Below, one piece after another: positions 50,994 through 61,097 of a DNA stretch of 64,000 nucleotides (its first letter is position 1; each line of letters opens with the position of its first letter). The stretch is from positions 558,001 through 622,000 of the forward strand of contig CP128816.1 in NCBI GenBank assembly GCA_051546255.1, read 5' to 3'. The translations under genes were made by a program, and so were the position numbers. A model generated the notes under the pieces. That model searched no databases and had not been told where the DNA came from. It saw only the letters and a program-made list of their open reading frames with translations. This DNA comes from Meyerozyma guilliermondii (Eukaryota).

Positions 50994-52196
50994 ATGTCTT
51001 TCAGACTCGCTACTCGCTTTGCGCGCCCCGCTGCCAACGCTGCTAAACAGACCGTGGCCACCAGAACATTGACTGTCTTGGCCAGATCGCCAGCTGTCAG
51101 AGCCATGTTCACCAACAAATCGTCCATGTCAATTGGTGCCATTCGTGGTGTTAAAACCATCAATTTCGGTGGAATGGACGAGGTTGTTCACGAGCGTGCC
51201 GACTGGCCTCGTGAGAGATTGTTGGAGTACTTCAAGAACGACACCTTGGCTTTGATTGGTTACGGATCCCAAGGTTATGGTCAAGGTTTAAACTTGAGAG
51301 ACAACGGATTGAATGTTATTATTGGTGTTAGAAAGGATGGTGCTTCATGGAAGGCTGCCATTGAAGACGGATGGGTTCCTGGTGAGAACTTGTTTGAGGT
51401 CAATGAGGCTATTAACAAGGGTACTTATGTGATGAACTTGTTGTCTGATGCTGCTCAATCTGAGACTTGGTCTTCTATCAAACCATTGATTACCAAGGGT
51501 AAGACCTTGTACTTTTCGCACGGTTTCTCTCCTGTTTTCAAGGACTTGACCCATGTGGAGCCACCTACTGACGTTGACGTTATTTTGGCTGCTCCAAAGG
51601 GTTCTGGTAGAACCGTCAGATCCTTGTTCAAGGAAGGTAGAGGTATCAATTCTTCATACGCCGTCTGGAACGATGTTACCGGTAAGGCCGAGGAAAAGGC
51701 TATTGCTTTGGCTGTTGCCATTGGTTCTGGTTACGTTTACCAAACCACTTTCGAAAGAGAAGTCAACTCCGATTTGTATGGAGAAAGAGGATGTTTGATG
51801 GGAGGTATCCACGGTATGTTCTTAGCCCAATACGAAGTTTTGAGAGAGAACGGCCACACCCCATCTGAAGCTTTCAACGAGACTGTTGAAGAAGCTACTC
51901 AATCTTTATACCCATTGATTGGAAAGTACGGTATGGACTACATGTACGATGCCTGCTCCACCACTGCCAGAAGAGGTGCTTTGGACTGGTACCCAAGATT
52001 CAAGGATGCTTTGAAGCCAGTTTTCGAAGACTTGTACGAATCAGTCAAGAATGGTACCGAAACTCAAAGATCATTGGACTTCAATTCTGCTCCAGATTAC
52101 AGAGCTAGATTGGAAGAGGAGTTGGAGACCATCAGAAACATGGAGATCTGGAAGGTTGGAAAGGAGGTGAGAAAGTTGCGTCCCGAGAACCAGTAA
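50994..52196 (+). CDS. ILV5: Ketol-acid reductoisomerase, mitochondrial
   Basis: Presequence from ATG 50994; IGYGSQGYGQ, LLSDAAQ, SHGF, APKGSG, SDLYGERG; strong codon bias. Confidence 0.97.
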   Translation: MSFRLATRFARPAANAAKQTVATRTLTVLARSPAVRAMFTNKSSMSIGAIRGVKTINFGGMDEVVHERADWPRERLLEYFKNDTLALIGYGSQGYGQGLNLRDNGLNVIIGVRKDGASWKAAIEDGWVPGENLFEVNEAINKGTYVMNLLSDAAQSETWSSIKPLITKGKTLYFSHGFSPVFKDLTHVEPPTDVDVILAAPKGSGRTVRSLFKEGRGINSSYAVWNDVTGKAEEKAIALAVAIGSGYVYQTTFEREVNSDLYGERGCLMGGIHGMFLAQYEVLRENGHTPSEAFNETVEEATQSLYPLIGKYGMDYMYDACSTTARRGALDWYPRFKDALKPVFEDLYESVKNGTETQRSLDFNSAPDYRARLEEELETIRNMEIWKVGKEVRKLRPENQ

Positions 52197-52310
52197 GTTT
52201 ATTATGTAAAAGACTCATATGGTCATGAATGACTCAATGAGGTTCAATTCGTCGCATCAGCGTATTTAGCATAGGAGCATGTTTGTGGAATAGACAGTTC
52301 CGTTTGGGAG

Positions 52311-52460
52311 TCTCTTTGATTTTCTCTCCTTCGTATTCCTTTCTATCGCTTCGTATCCCCTTTCTTTTTCCCTTCTTTTTATTTCTTTTTCTCCTTCTGT
52401 TCCCTTTCTTCTTTTCGTATTCTCTCTCTTCTTTTCTCACTTTTCGTTCCCTCTCGTTTT
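52311..52460 (+). repeat. Polypyrimidine (T/C) low-complexity tract
   Basis: About 150 bp almost entirely T/C on +, upstream of the LAM gene. Confidence 0.8.
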
Positions 52461-52506
52461 TCGCGACCTGCATTTCCCCAGATTCTCATTGCTGTGTTAT
52501 CGCAAT

Positions 52507-54771
52507 ATGAATGACGATGACGATGCATGGTCGTACTCGTTCCCACCCTCTACGGAAACCCTACCACTCCCAGAGAACAGCAGCAAGCCTGAACACGAAT
52601 CTGAAGAAAAATTAGAGAAAAAATCCAAAAAAAAAAACGAAATTGATCATGCCGATGCCGACCACGATTCCAAAATGAACACCGATTCCGACTCAGGTTC
52701 GTCTTTGGACGAAAAGAAAAAGCTAGCGCCCATCTTCACCGGCTCACAAACATCGTCACTTTCGTCCTTGGCTTTGCAATCACCTTTCATGGTGAAATCG
52801 TCGCCGGCAGATCCGTTCACTACTCGACAAGATGCAAATTCGGTGATCTCCAACGAAAGTGCCAATGGTTTGTTTGAACGAAAAGATGGGGCGAAAGGAG
52901 TAGATACGCTCAAGCGAGAAGTACTCGAGAAATCAATGGGGAATCCAGTGACTAAAACGAGAAGCTCTCTTGATGATAATTCGTCAATTGCATCTTCTTC
53001 CGTCACCACATCACCTCCAATGAGCACTACGTCTCCCAAAATCATCACCTATCGCAAGTCTAAACGTACAACTTCCGAGGGCAACTTTCAAAGTATTCTT
53101 GATGCCGCAGCACCAAAAGCAACTTTCAACCCAAAACTCTACGTCGACGAATTTTTACCAGATACAAACTACAGGTACACCACCATCAAGCGAAATACCG
53201 ATTTCCACCAGCTTTTCCCATCGTTGGACCTCACAGATCGACTTTTGGACGATTATGCGTGTGCACTCAGCCGAGAAATTCTACTTCAGGGTCGTATCTA
53301 TATCAGCGAACACTACATCTGCTTCAATTCGAATCTCCTAGGCTGGGTAACCAATCTAGTGATCCCACAAGAAGATATAGTTTCTTTTGAAAAGAAGTCA
53401 ACTGCAGGTCTTTTCCCTAATGGGATAGCAATCGAAACCAAAGATGCCAAACACTATTTTGCTAGTTTTAGTTCTCGAGATTCCACGTTCGAGTTTATGC
53501 GTACGGTGTGGCTGAAAGCAACAGGAAAAGATATAACAAGCGAACCAGAGCCAAACGAAGATTCAGAACATATACCTTCACTAATTGAGCTTTCTGACGT
53601 TGAAGATCACCCAGATTCTCCATCCAAGTTTCAATCCTATATTTTGTCTATCGATGGAGATGATGAAAAGATCGACGAAGGTGACGAACTCGAAGCTGAA
53701 GTTGTGGAAACCGACGAAAAAAAAGAGCCAGCAATTGAAAATGTCACTGTTCGTAGGTTTAAACCGGACTCCAAGTACACCAATATGGGACCGGAAGTGC
53801 ATCCTCCTACCACCCCGGATTTGGACCAAATAAGAGAGCCAAACGAAACAGAATTATGTGACGAAACCATCAATGCTCCACTTGGAGTGGTGTATGACTT
53901 AGCATTTGGAAGCAACAATACCGACTTCCATACCAAGTTTCTTCGATCTCACGATGCCAGCGAGATCTCGAAATATGGCGATTTCCATCCCATGAAAGAA
54001 GAACCGAAAAAACTCCAACGTCAATATACTTATCGAAAAGCATTAGGCTTCTCCATAGGACCCAAATCAACCATGTGTGAGGTGAGCGAGACCATTGAAC
54101 ACATGAATTTGGGCGACTATGTTTCTGTGGTCAGTAGAACTGTTACCCCAGATGTTCCACTGGGAAACTCTTTTTCGGTGATGACGAGGTACATTTTCTG
54201 CTGGGGAGAAAACAACACCACAAAAGTCTACATATCGTTCTTCATTCAGTGGTCGGGAAGATCGTGGATAAAAAGTGTTATTGAAAAGCAGAGTATGGCA
54301 ACTCAAATCACCACCACCGTTGACTATATTGCTGCATTGAAAGCCGAGGTTGAAGAGCAAACCGTTGAAAGCGAGCAAACTGCTCCAGTACCTGAAACTA
54401 TAGTTGATACTATAAGTGCTCCCAAAATACCAGAACAGAAACTACAAGTCACAACGTCAGAAACACCAACCAGCATCACTTCAGCAAATCAATTCATTCT
54501 CGAGAATATTGTCTTGGTTGTGTCAGGGTTGGGTATATTCTTGGTTCTCATATTGGTTATTCAAATCTTGCTACTTTTCAAAGTGAGCGAAACCCGCAAG
54601 CTAGCCTACGCCCAGGTAGTAGCCAATTCACGTACCAGCAACTGGAAGACGTCTTCTTCGGGAATGTGGAAATGGCTCGAGAAGCAACAAGGTAAGCAAT
54701 TGAGCCAAGAACAAAAGTTACAATACTTGTTGAGCGAGATCGGCCACCTCGCAGACGGACATGAAACTTGA
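52507..54771 (+). CDS. GRAM + VASt/StART-like sterol transfer protein (Lam5/Lam6, Ltc1 type)
   Basis: RNTDFHQLF, DDYACALSREILLQGRIYIS..CFNSNLLGW, AGLFPNGI (GRAM); IGPKST, TPDVP.G.SF (VASt); C-terminal TM. Confidence 0.88.
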   Translation: MNDDDDAWSYSFPPSTETLPLPENSSKPEHESEEKLEKKSKKKNEIDHADADHDSKMNTDSDSGSSLDEKKKLAPIFTGSQTSSLSSLALQSPFMVKSSPADPFTTRQDANSVISNESANGLFERKDGAKGVDTLKREVLEKSMGNPVTKTRSSLDDNSSIASSSVTTSPPMSTTSPKIITYRKSKRTTSEGNFQSILDAAAPKATFNPKLYVDEFLPDTNYRYTTIKRNTDFHQLFPSLDLTDRLLDDYACALSREILLQGRIYISEHYICFNSNLLGWVTNLVIPQEDIVSFEKKSTAGLFPNGIAIETKDAKHYFASFSSRDSTFEFMRTVWLKATGKDITSEPEPNEDSEHIPSLIELSDVEDHPDSPSKFQSYILSIDGDDEKIDEGDELEAEVVETDEKKEPAIENVTVRRFKPDSKYTNMGPEVHPPTTPDLDQIREPNETELCDETINAPLGVVYDLAFGSNNTDFHTKFLRSHDASEISKYGDFHPMKEEPKKLQRQYTYRKALGFSIGPKSTMCEVSETIEHMNLGDYVSVVSRTVTPDVPLGNSFSVMTRYIFCWGENNTTKVYISFFIQWSGRSWIKSVIEKQSMATQITTTVDYIAALKAEVEEQTVESEQTAPVPETIVDTISAPKIPEQKLQVTTSETPTSITSANQFILENIVLVVSGLGIFLVLILVIQILLLFKVSETRKLAYAQVVANSRTSNWKTSSSGMWKWLEKQQGKQLSQEQKLQYLLSEIGHLADGHET

Positions 54772-54791
54772 TATATACAGCTATTTACAAT

Positions 54792-55607
54792 TCAAGCCAC
54801 TTGCATTTGCGGATCGGTTTTCTCCACTATATTGACGTCTTCGATGGTGTGAACTATAATCTGGTCATTTTTGTCGTTTAGCTCAAAAATAAAGATTCCT
54901 GAGATCACTCGTTCCAAGTCTTTTTCATCCTTGGTGAACGCCGTAGCCAATTGCGAGATAATCGAAGTTATAGATGCCGACTGGCCAATTTTTGGTAGTT
55001 TGCTGGATTCCATAGACCAGCTATGCGACCCAAGTTTAGCATCAGAAGTAGAATGGAACCGGTTTTTCTTGCCCTGGTCCAAATGGTGACACCCTTCCGA
55101 GCACGTAGAGAACCGGATATATATCTTGGTGGTATTTGGGTAGAGTCCTTGGACCTGTTCCTCTGGGTTAACCTTTATGGATTCTATGTGCAATTCGACT
55201 TTTGGATGGAGCACAAGAGAAGTCAAGGCAAACTGGAGTGCCTTACACACGGTATAGTATGATACATGGCCCTTTATATTGAGGAATACAGGATGGACAT
55301 CACCTAGATGAGTAGGGCATATTCGAAGAATAATATCCGGTGCCAATAAAGTTCTTGGAAGCGAAGTTGTGAGCATTCCTGGAACAAGCTCCTGAAGTTG
55401 TTCTACCATAGACCCCAAATTGGCCTTTTTTTGCTGGTTTTCAGGATCAGAACCATCACCACAAGAGTGGTTTTTTTCATTGGAAATTCGTAAAATAGGA
55501 ATTTTTTCCCGGCCAGATAACACCATTCTCGGCACCCTCAGCACATCCAGTCGCCAATTGGATGTAAACCTGATGCTACTCGCTGCGCCTAACCGTCGGA
55601 TCATCAT
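54792..55607 (-). CDS. Uncharacterised, probably mitochondrial protein (resembles YGR053C/Mug163-like family)
   Basis: Arg-rich N-terminus; NLG..V..LQELVP..L; DIILRICPT; ISGIFIFEL....I.VHTIE. Confidence 0.55.
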   Translation of the reverse strand: MMIRRLGAASSIRFTSNWRLDVLRVPRMVLSGREKIPILRISNEKNHSCGDGSDPENQQKKANLGSMVEQLQELVPGMLTTSLPRTLLAPDIILRICPTHLGDVHPVFLNIKGHVSYYTVCKALQFALTSLVLHPKVELHIESIKVNPEEQVQGLYPNTTKIYIRFSTCSEGCHHLDQGKKNRFHSTSDAKLGSHSWSMESSKLPKIGQSASITSIISQLATAFTKDEKDLERVISGIFIFELNDKNDQIIVHTIEDVNIVEKTDPQMQVA

Positions 55608-55727
55608 CCAGCAAAGGTACAAAACCACCAGATAAAAATGTGGTGCACTGGGTGCTTAACCTGGGGGCTGCAGGACACCGCTCATCTCCGCTCCTTTTAG
55701 TTGCCAGCACCAAGTCCGAACGCCTCC

Positions 55728-58394
55728 ATGTCCGAATCCGCAAACGTCGTCCTGGGGTCTGGTGACTCCAGGAAATCACGCCTGGACCACAATGGAGTGT
55801 CGAGAAGTGTTATAGGAACGAAAAGTGTTTCCTTCACTCCAGAAAGTTCCCATGACAATTCCAACGACAACTCCAGCGACAATTTTAGCAGCGATAGTGG
55901 CACTGCTACGCCCGAGTCGGGGCCCCTAGACCATGTTAAGGAGTTTGGTAGCCAAAACAAGCACTCGCATCTCCGCACGCTATCTAGTAGTGGCAGTAGC
56001 CAGGTTCCCGACAGCCTCACCAAGCTCCAAACATATCCATATACTGGCGAAGCTATGCAAATTGGTCGCTCGATAGATACTCAACTCGATGCCAGCAACT
56101 TGTCCAATTCATCACTTCCGGAATTTAACAAGCGTCCGTTGACAGACACACCCATAGTCTCGGGCACCACCTCGCCGATAACCCAAGACCACAGCAGCGA
56201 CGACGATAAGGAAGAAGAACCACCAAAAAAGAACGACACCGAACCATTGAAGAAATCCATGAAGAATATATCCCACTTGAACCTATCGGACTTGCATGAG
56301 AGGAACAGCTCTGGAAGCATATCTCCCCACACAGTACTTCCCGACAGTAACGCCAAACCGGCCGAGGAATTCGACCCAGACAAAACCATACAGTCAGCAG
56401 AGGACGATTTGGAAGAACCCACGCCGGAAAATCATAACGACGAACACCCAAATGAGCGAACTACAAGTCCCTCCATCAAAATCACCGACCAAACCAGAGC
56501 AGAATTACTCCAAGATGCTCCACCAGAACTCCATTCCGAGTTGGATGATTCCCCAAGCATAGAAAAACTCAAATCGCTTCTCCTCAAGAAACCTCCTCCA
56601 CCGGCTCGGAAGACATATACCCTCAACATTCCGGGCCAAACGTCGTCTAAAACCTCGCCAGACGGCCGCATTGCTTCCGTGGATGTGGGAAGCAAACTCG
56701 TGATTGTCATGGTGGGACTTCCTGCTCGCGGAAAGTCGTATATCACCAACAAGTTGACGAGATATCTCAATTGGCTCCAGCATGATTGTCGAGTATTCAA
56801 CGTAGGCAACACTCGACGCAACGACAAGGTCAATAATGTGGGTCCAGAGAACCAACCGTTGCCGGACCTGAACACCCCCAATAACGAAAAACTGACCCCT
56901 TCGCCCGAAACTCATCCCAAATCTCCTCAGCACGGTGCCGATTTCTTCAATCCAGAGAACAAAAACTCCAACGCAATTCGAGAAAAATGGGCCATGGATA
57001 CGTTGGATCAGCTCCTCGACTACGTTATCAATGGGTCTGGATCGGTGGGTATATTCGATGCTACAAACTCGACAAAGCTGAGAAGAAGCAAGGTACTTCG
57101 CAAAATCAACCAACGGTCCAACGGTGAGCTTAAAGTTTTGTTTCTTGAAAGTGTTTGTTCTGATCCTGCCATCATCGAATCCAATATTCGACTCAAACTT
57201 TCTGGTCCTGACTATCGCGATATGGACCCTGAGCTTGCGCTTGAAGATTTCGTGGGACGCTTACACAACTACGAGAAAGCTTACGAAACTATAGACGAGG
57301 AGGAAGAAGCACTTCCAGGATTTCAGTATGTCAAGATGATCGATGTTGGCAAGAAGGTAGTAAGTTACAACATTCAGGGATTCTTGGCATCTCAAACAGT
57401 TTACTTTTTATTGAACTTCAATCTTGCTGAGCGCCAAATCTGGATCACAAGACATGGAGAAAGCGTTGATAATCTCAGCGGACGTATTGGTGGAGACTCA
57501 CATTTGACAAAACGTGGTCGTCAATTTTCTCGAGCATTGGCCCGGTTCTTGGAGTTCCAACGCCATGAGTTTCGCAAACAGCAATTGGAGCGGTTTTCGT
57601 CAAGATTGCATTTACGCTACAGTCTGACCTACAACAAAGATAGACCCGCCAGTCTTGATAATATACCCACCGAACCCAACTTCTGTGTGTGGACGTCAAT
57701 GCTCCACCGAGCAGTTGAGAGCGGTGAATATTTCAACGAGAATCTCTTTTCCATCAAGGAAATGAGAATGTTGAACGAATTGGGAGGAGGAAAATTTGAA
57801 GGACTCACTTATGATGAAATTCAAAAAAAGTATCCAAAAGAGTTCCAGGCACGGTTACGCAACAAGCTCACGTACAGATACCCTGGGGTTGGAGGAGAGC
57901 TGTATCTTGACGTTTTGACGAGATTAAGACCGTTGATAACGGAAATTGAGCGTACTACCGATCATCTTCTACTCATTTCACACCGAGTAGTTCTCCGGAT
58001 TTTGCTAGCCTACTTCCTCAATTTGGACAGAAGCTCCATTGGCGAGCTCGACGTGCCCTTGCACACACTTTACTGTCTTGAACTGAAACCTTACGGCACC
58101 GATTATCGCATGTACGAGTACGACGAAGGTCTCGATTGGTTTGTAAAGGTTGAACCAGAACACCAGAAAAACTTGAAAGAAGTTGGCGTTCAATTTAAAG
58201 AACGCAAATACTCGGTTGTGCCCACGGCTCCGCCAAGCTCCAAGTCTCGAGACCGAGCGCCAAGTATTTTGCAACTGGGACAAGGAACCCAGCTTCGTCG
58301 CAGTGTCAGTCACAGTGAGAAAGAAACACCCAAATACAACATGAGTTTCAAAAAACTAGCCGATCTAAATCGAATGAGAAAGCCAAATCCATAG
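55728..58394 (+). CDS. PFK26: 6-phosphofructo-2-kinase / fructose-2,6-bisphosphatase family
   Basis: Long S/P-rich N-terminus; MVGLPARGKS, FNVGNTRR, FDATNST, KLSGPDY; phosphatase domain ITRHGES. Confidence 0.92.
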   Translation: MSESANVVLGSGDSRKSRLDHNGVSRSVIGTKSVSFTPESSHDNSNDNSSDNFSSDSGTATPESGPLDHVKEFGSQNKHSHLRTLSSSGSSQVPDSLTKLQTYPYTGEAMQIGRSIDTQLDASNLSNSSLPEFNKRPLTDTPIVSGTTSPITQDHSSDDDKEEEPPKKNDTEPLKKSMKNISHLNLSDLHERNSSGSISPHTVLPDSNAKPAEEFDPDKTIQSAEDDLEEPTPENHNDEHPNERTTSPSIKITDQTRAELLQDAPPELHSELDDSPSIEKLKSLLLKKPPPPARKTYTLNIPGQTSSKTSPDGRIASVDVGSKLVIVMVGLPARGKSYITNKLTRYLNWLQHDCRVFNVGNTRRNDKVNNVGPENQPLPDLNTPNNEKLTPSPETHPKSPQHGADFFNPENKNSNAIREKWAMDTLDQLLDYVINGSGSVGIFDATNSTKLRRSKVLRKINQRSNGELKVLFLESVCSDPAIIESNIRLKLSGPDYRDMDPELALEDFVGRLHNYEKAYETIDEEEEALPGFQYVKMIDVGKKVVSYNIQGFLASQTVYFLLNFNLAERQIWITRHGESVDNLSGRIGGDSHLTKRGRQFSRALARFLEFQRHEFRKQQLERFSSRLHLRYSLTYNKDRPASLDNIPTEPNFCVWTSMLHRAVESGEYFNENLFSIKEMRMLNELGGGKFEGLTYDEIQKKYPKEFQARLRNKLTYRYPGVGGELYLDVLTRLRPLITEIERTTDHLLLISHRVVLRILLAYFLNLDRSSIGELDVPLHTLYCLELKPYGTDYRMYEYDEGLDWFVKVEPEHQKNLKEVGVQFKERKYSVVPTAPPSSKSRDRAPSILQLGQGTQLRRSVSHSEKETPKYNMSFKKLADLNRMRKPNP

Positions 58395-58571
58395 TCATAA
58401 TGCATAACATATTACTACAAGTACCGTAATTGCTATTCTTCTCCACAGCAATGCAAAAAGCCCCATCGCATGAAGCCGCGCGACACACCCACCACACCCA
58501 CTACTACCGCCGTCTATGTATCACAACTTGCACTTACCACTGTTATCCTCGCGGTCCCCGGTCACTAAAAT

Positions 58572-60989
58572 ATGCTGAAACGAGATCCAGAAGCCAGAAA
58601 CGGGGTACTGAGCTCCGAAAGTACCCTTAAGAATGGATCTGAGATCCCCACGGTGCTGCTACCTCCTCCTCCAACTCTGGCCACTAATTCACAACCATCA
58701 TCAGGTCCAATTTTAGCGACTCCAGCGCTGTCCAGTGGTCCCACTACCAACGTAGGAGGAACCCAGGGCATCAACGCGGCTGCAAAACCAAAATCAACCA
58801 CAGACCCGGCTCCTACGGCTCTCCGCATACCTGTAGATCCATCAGCCGATAGCGTCAAATATGCCATGTCCAATATCAACAAGTCGCTCAAAGCCAAGCA
58901 AAGGGTCATCAACTCGAAGGAACCGCTCCCAAAGAACGCGAGCAAAATATCCGAGTTCATCAACAAATCTCCGGTGAATCCTAATTTTCCACCTCCCAAA
59001 GAGGCAGAACCCGCCGGAGAAAGACCCATAGGAAGCGGGCCGCCCACAGCTCCAGGTACGCCGATGGAGCAGCCCAAAAATTCCAAGCGCAAACCAAAGA
59101 AAAGCTCGACAAAAACCGACTTTTTCGCTGCAAAATTGGCCAGTGCGGTGGACGATGTGGACTCCAGCGACAGCGACGAAACTTTCGTTTACGAAAATAA
59201 CCCTAATGAAGTCGAGCCCGCTCAAGAACCATCTAATCACGCTCCTACGGCAACACACATCAATTCCGTACAATCTTCACCGACTGCGCACGATCCTACA
59301 GCATCACCGTCTGTGGTAGCCGCTCATCTTCCTGCCTCCATTCCTCCACTACCCCAAGGCACAAGCTCACGAGCACAGTCTATCCACTCTATTCTGTCTC
59401 GGGTCCCAAAACAGCCAAAAGCTCAGACTTCGCAACCAACTCCTGGAGCCGCTTCTGTGAGCAGCATCAACTACTTTGAGCAGTCAAAACGACCTTCACA
59501 CCAACGCACAGTGTCTGGATACTCAAACTACAACCAAGTAGGTTCCGCAAACCCAACATCAACCATAGATGATAGAGCACAAAATCCGGGCCAATACACC
59601 TCGACTAACAGTATAGACCAGGCATCGCTGTATTCGTTCGATGCAGTCGACGTCGACGCTGATCTTATAGACGATGACGATTCCACCGAAGGAGAGTTTT
59701 TCTCAAACCCCAACTTGGACTCTTCTCACACTACTGTGCCAGCACCCAATGCTGGTGCGAAGAATGAAGCTCAGCGTGTTCTCCAGCAAAATAATGCAAC
59801 CAATACTTCACTTACGAGCAAGAACACCTCGAAGAAAAACTGCAAGTCATCGGTCTCGTCATCCAAACTTCGTTCTACAACCTCCAAGCTTTTCAATAAG
59901 AAAGGGTCTCAGCCTCGAAGATATAGCATCATTCCCGACGATGTCGACATTGAAGATTTTGACGATGATCTCATCTATTACGACGGAAGTATTCGTTTTC
60001 CCTATGCGAATACCCAAACCAACAGCTACGGCATGAACGAATCGTCGTCACTTCTCAATGCACCTCGAGGAAAAATCCCACATTACAGGTCGCTTAACTT
60101 GTATCCCAGTGCTCAGAAACGAGCTTCCAACAAGCGCTATCTATCCACCGGCCAACCCTTGGCTCCTCCGGCAAACGAAAAAAACCGCGATATGTTTCCA
60201 TTCGCCTATCCCGACCACCAAAACTACTATTACGAATATGATGATTTGGAAGATGGTGGAAGCGATCCTGAGCGAGCAATAGGGTCCCACAACGTATCAT
60301 CACCGCTTTTGCTGCAAAAGAACAATCGACGTGTTTCACATCGTATGAGTATGGATTCATTACGTGCAAATCGAGTGTATTTTTGGCGAAGTTTATTCTA
60401 TACACTATTGAGCATTATTGGAATATTGGGTATTGGTTTCATCATGGGATTTGTCCTCGCGTCAACAAAAGATTTGACCAACGTCCAATTGAGTCATATC
60501 TCGGATACATTAGTTTCAAAGGATGAACTCGTTTTTAACATCGAAGTGTCTGCATTCAACCCTGGCTGGTTTACCGTGGAAATAAATGAGGTGGAGCTCG
60601 ATGTTTTTGCCAAAAGCGGCTACCTACAACCTGACTACTTCCCACAATTGCTTGAATCCAGTGCAGTGGAAACGGTTTTGTTGGGTACAGTTTACAAGTT
60701 GGATCCTCCAATGACGTTTTCTGGTGGAATATTCAGCCGCGATCCTATTGAACAGTCCGGCGAGATCCGATTATTGACACCCGGGAAGAACATAACTGGC
60801 TCTATGAGCACCGACAACTCCACAGAACCCGATAATCTGAAAAAATGGGAGGTAATTTCTAAGAATCCATTTGACCTAATTGTTCGTGGTACCCTCAAAT
60901 ACAATCTACCATTCAGCTCAGACACTAGATCGGTAGTTGTGAACAAGGTTGGTTATGTGGATCCTACCCAGAACTCAGTTGACAAGTAA
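58572..60989 (+). CDS. VAC7: Vacuolar segregation protein Vac7
   Basis: FFAAKLASAVDDVDSSDSDETFVYE motif, single TM, lumenal domain (S.DELVFNI.V.A.NP, ETVLLG, PFDLIVRG.LKY). Confidence 0.88.
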   Translation: MLKRDPEARNGVLSSESTLKNGSEIPTVLLPPPPTLATNSQPSSGPILATPALSSGPTTNVGGTQGINAAAKPKSTTDPAPTALRIPVDPSADSVKYAMSNINKSLKAKQRVINSKEPLPKNASKISEFINKSPVNPNFPPPKEAEPAGERPIGSGPPTAPGTPMEQPKNSKRKPKKSSTKTDFFAAKLASAVDDVDSSDSDETFVYENNPNEVEPAQEPSNHAPTATHINSVQSSPTAHDPTASPSVVAAHLPASIPPLPQGTSSRAQSIHSILSRVPKQPKAQTSQPTPGAASVSSINYFEQSKRPSHQRTVSGYSNYNQVGSANPTSTIDDRAQNPGQYTSTNSIDQASLYSFDAVDVDADLIDDDDSTEGEFFSNPNLDSSHTTVPAPNAGAKNEAQRVLQQNNATNTSLTSKNTSKKNCKSSVSSSKLRSTTSKLFNKKGSQPRRYSIIPDDVDIEDFDDDLIYYDGSIRFPYANTQTNSYGMNESSSLLNAPRGKIPHYRSLNLYPSAQKRASNKRYLSTGQPLAPPANEKNRDMFPFAYPDHQNYYYEYDDLEDGGSDPERAIGSHNVSSPLLLQKNNRRVSHRMSMDSLRANRVYFWRSLFYTLLSIIGILGIGFIMGFVLASTKDLTNVQLSHISDTLVSKDELVFNIEVSAFNPGWFTVEINEVELDVFAKSGYLQPDYFPQLLESSAVETVLLGTVYKLDPPMTFSGGIFSRDPIEQSGEIRLLTPGKNITGSMSTDNSTEPDNLKKWEVISKNPFDLIVRGTLKYNLPFSSDTRSVVVNKVGYVDPTQNSVDK

Positions 60990-61097
60990 AGCTGGAAACT
61001 GCAATTCTTCTATTTGTGCATTCAATTGCGACAGCAGTTTTCGTTTGTGTTCAAGATTGATTTTGCTACACCAATAAGTCAAAACAGATTGCTCTAG

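Noticed and set aside
52234..52510. K/R-rich and F/L-rich ORFs
   Set aside because: Products of the polypyrimidine tract.
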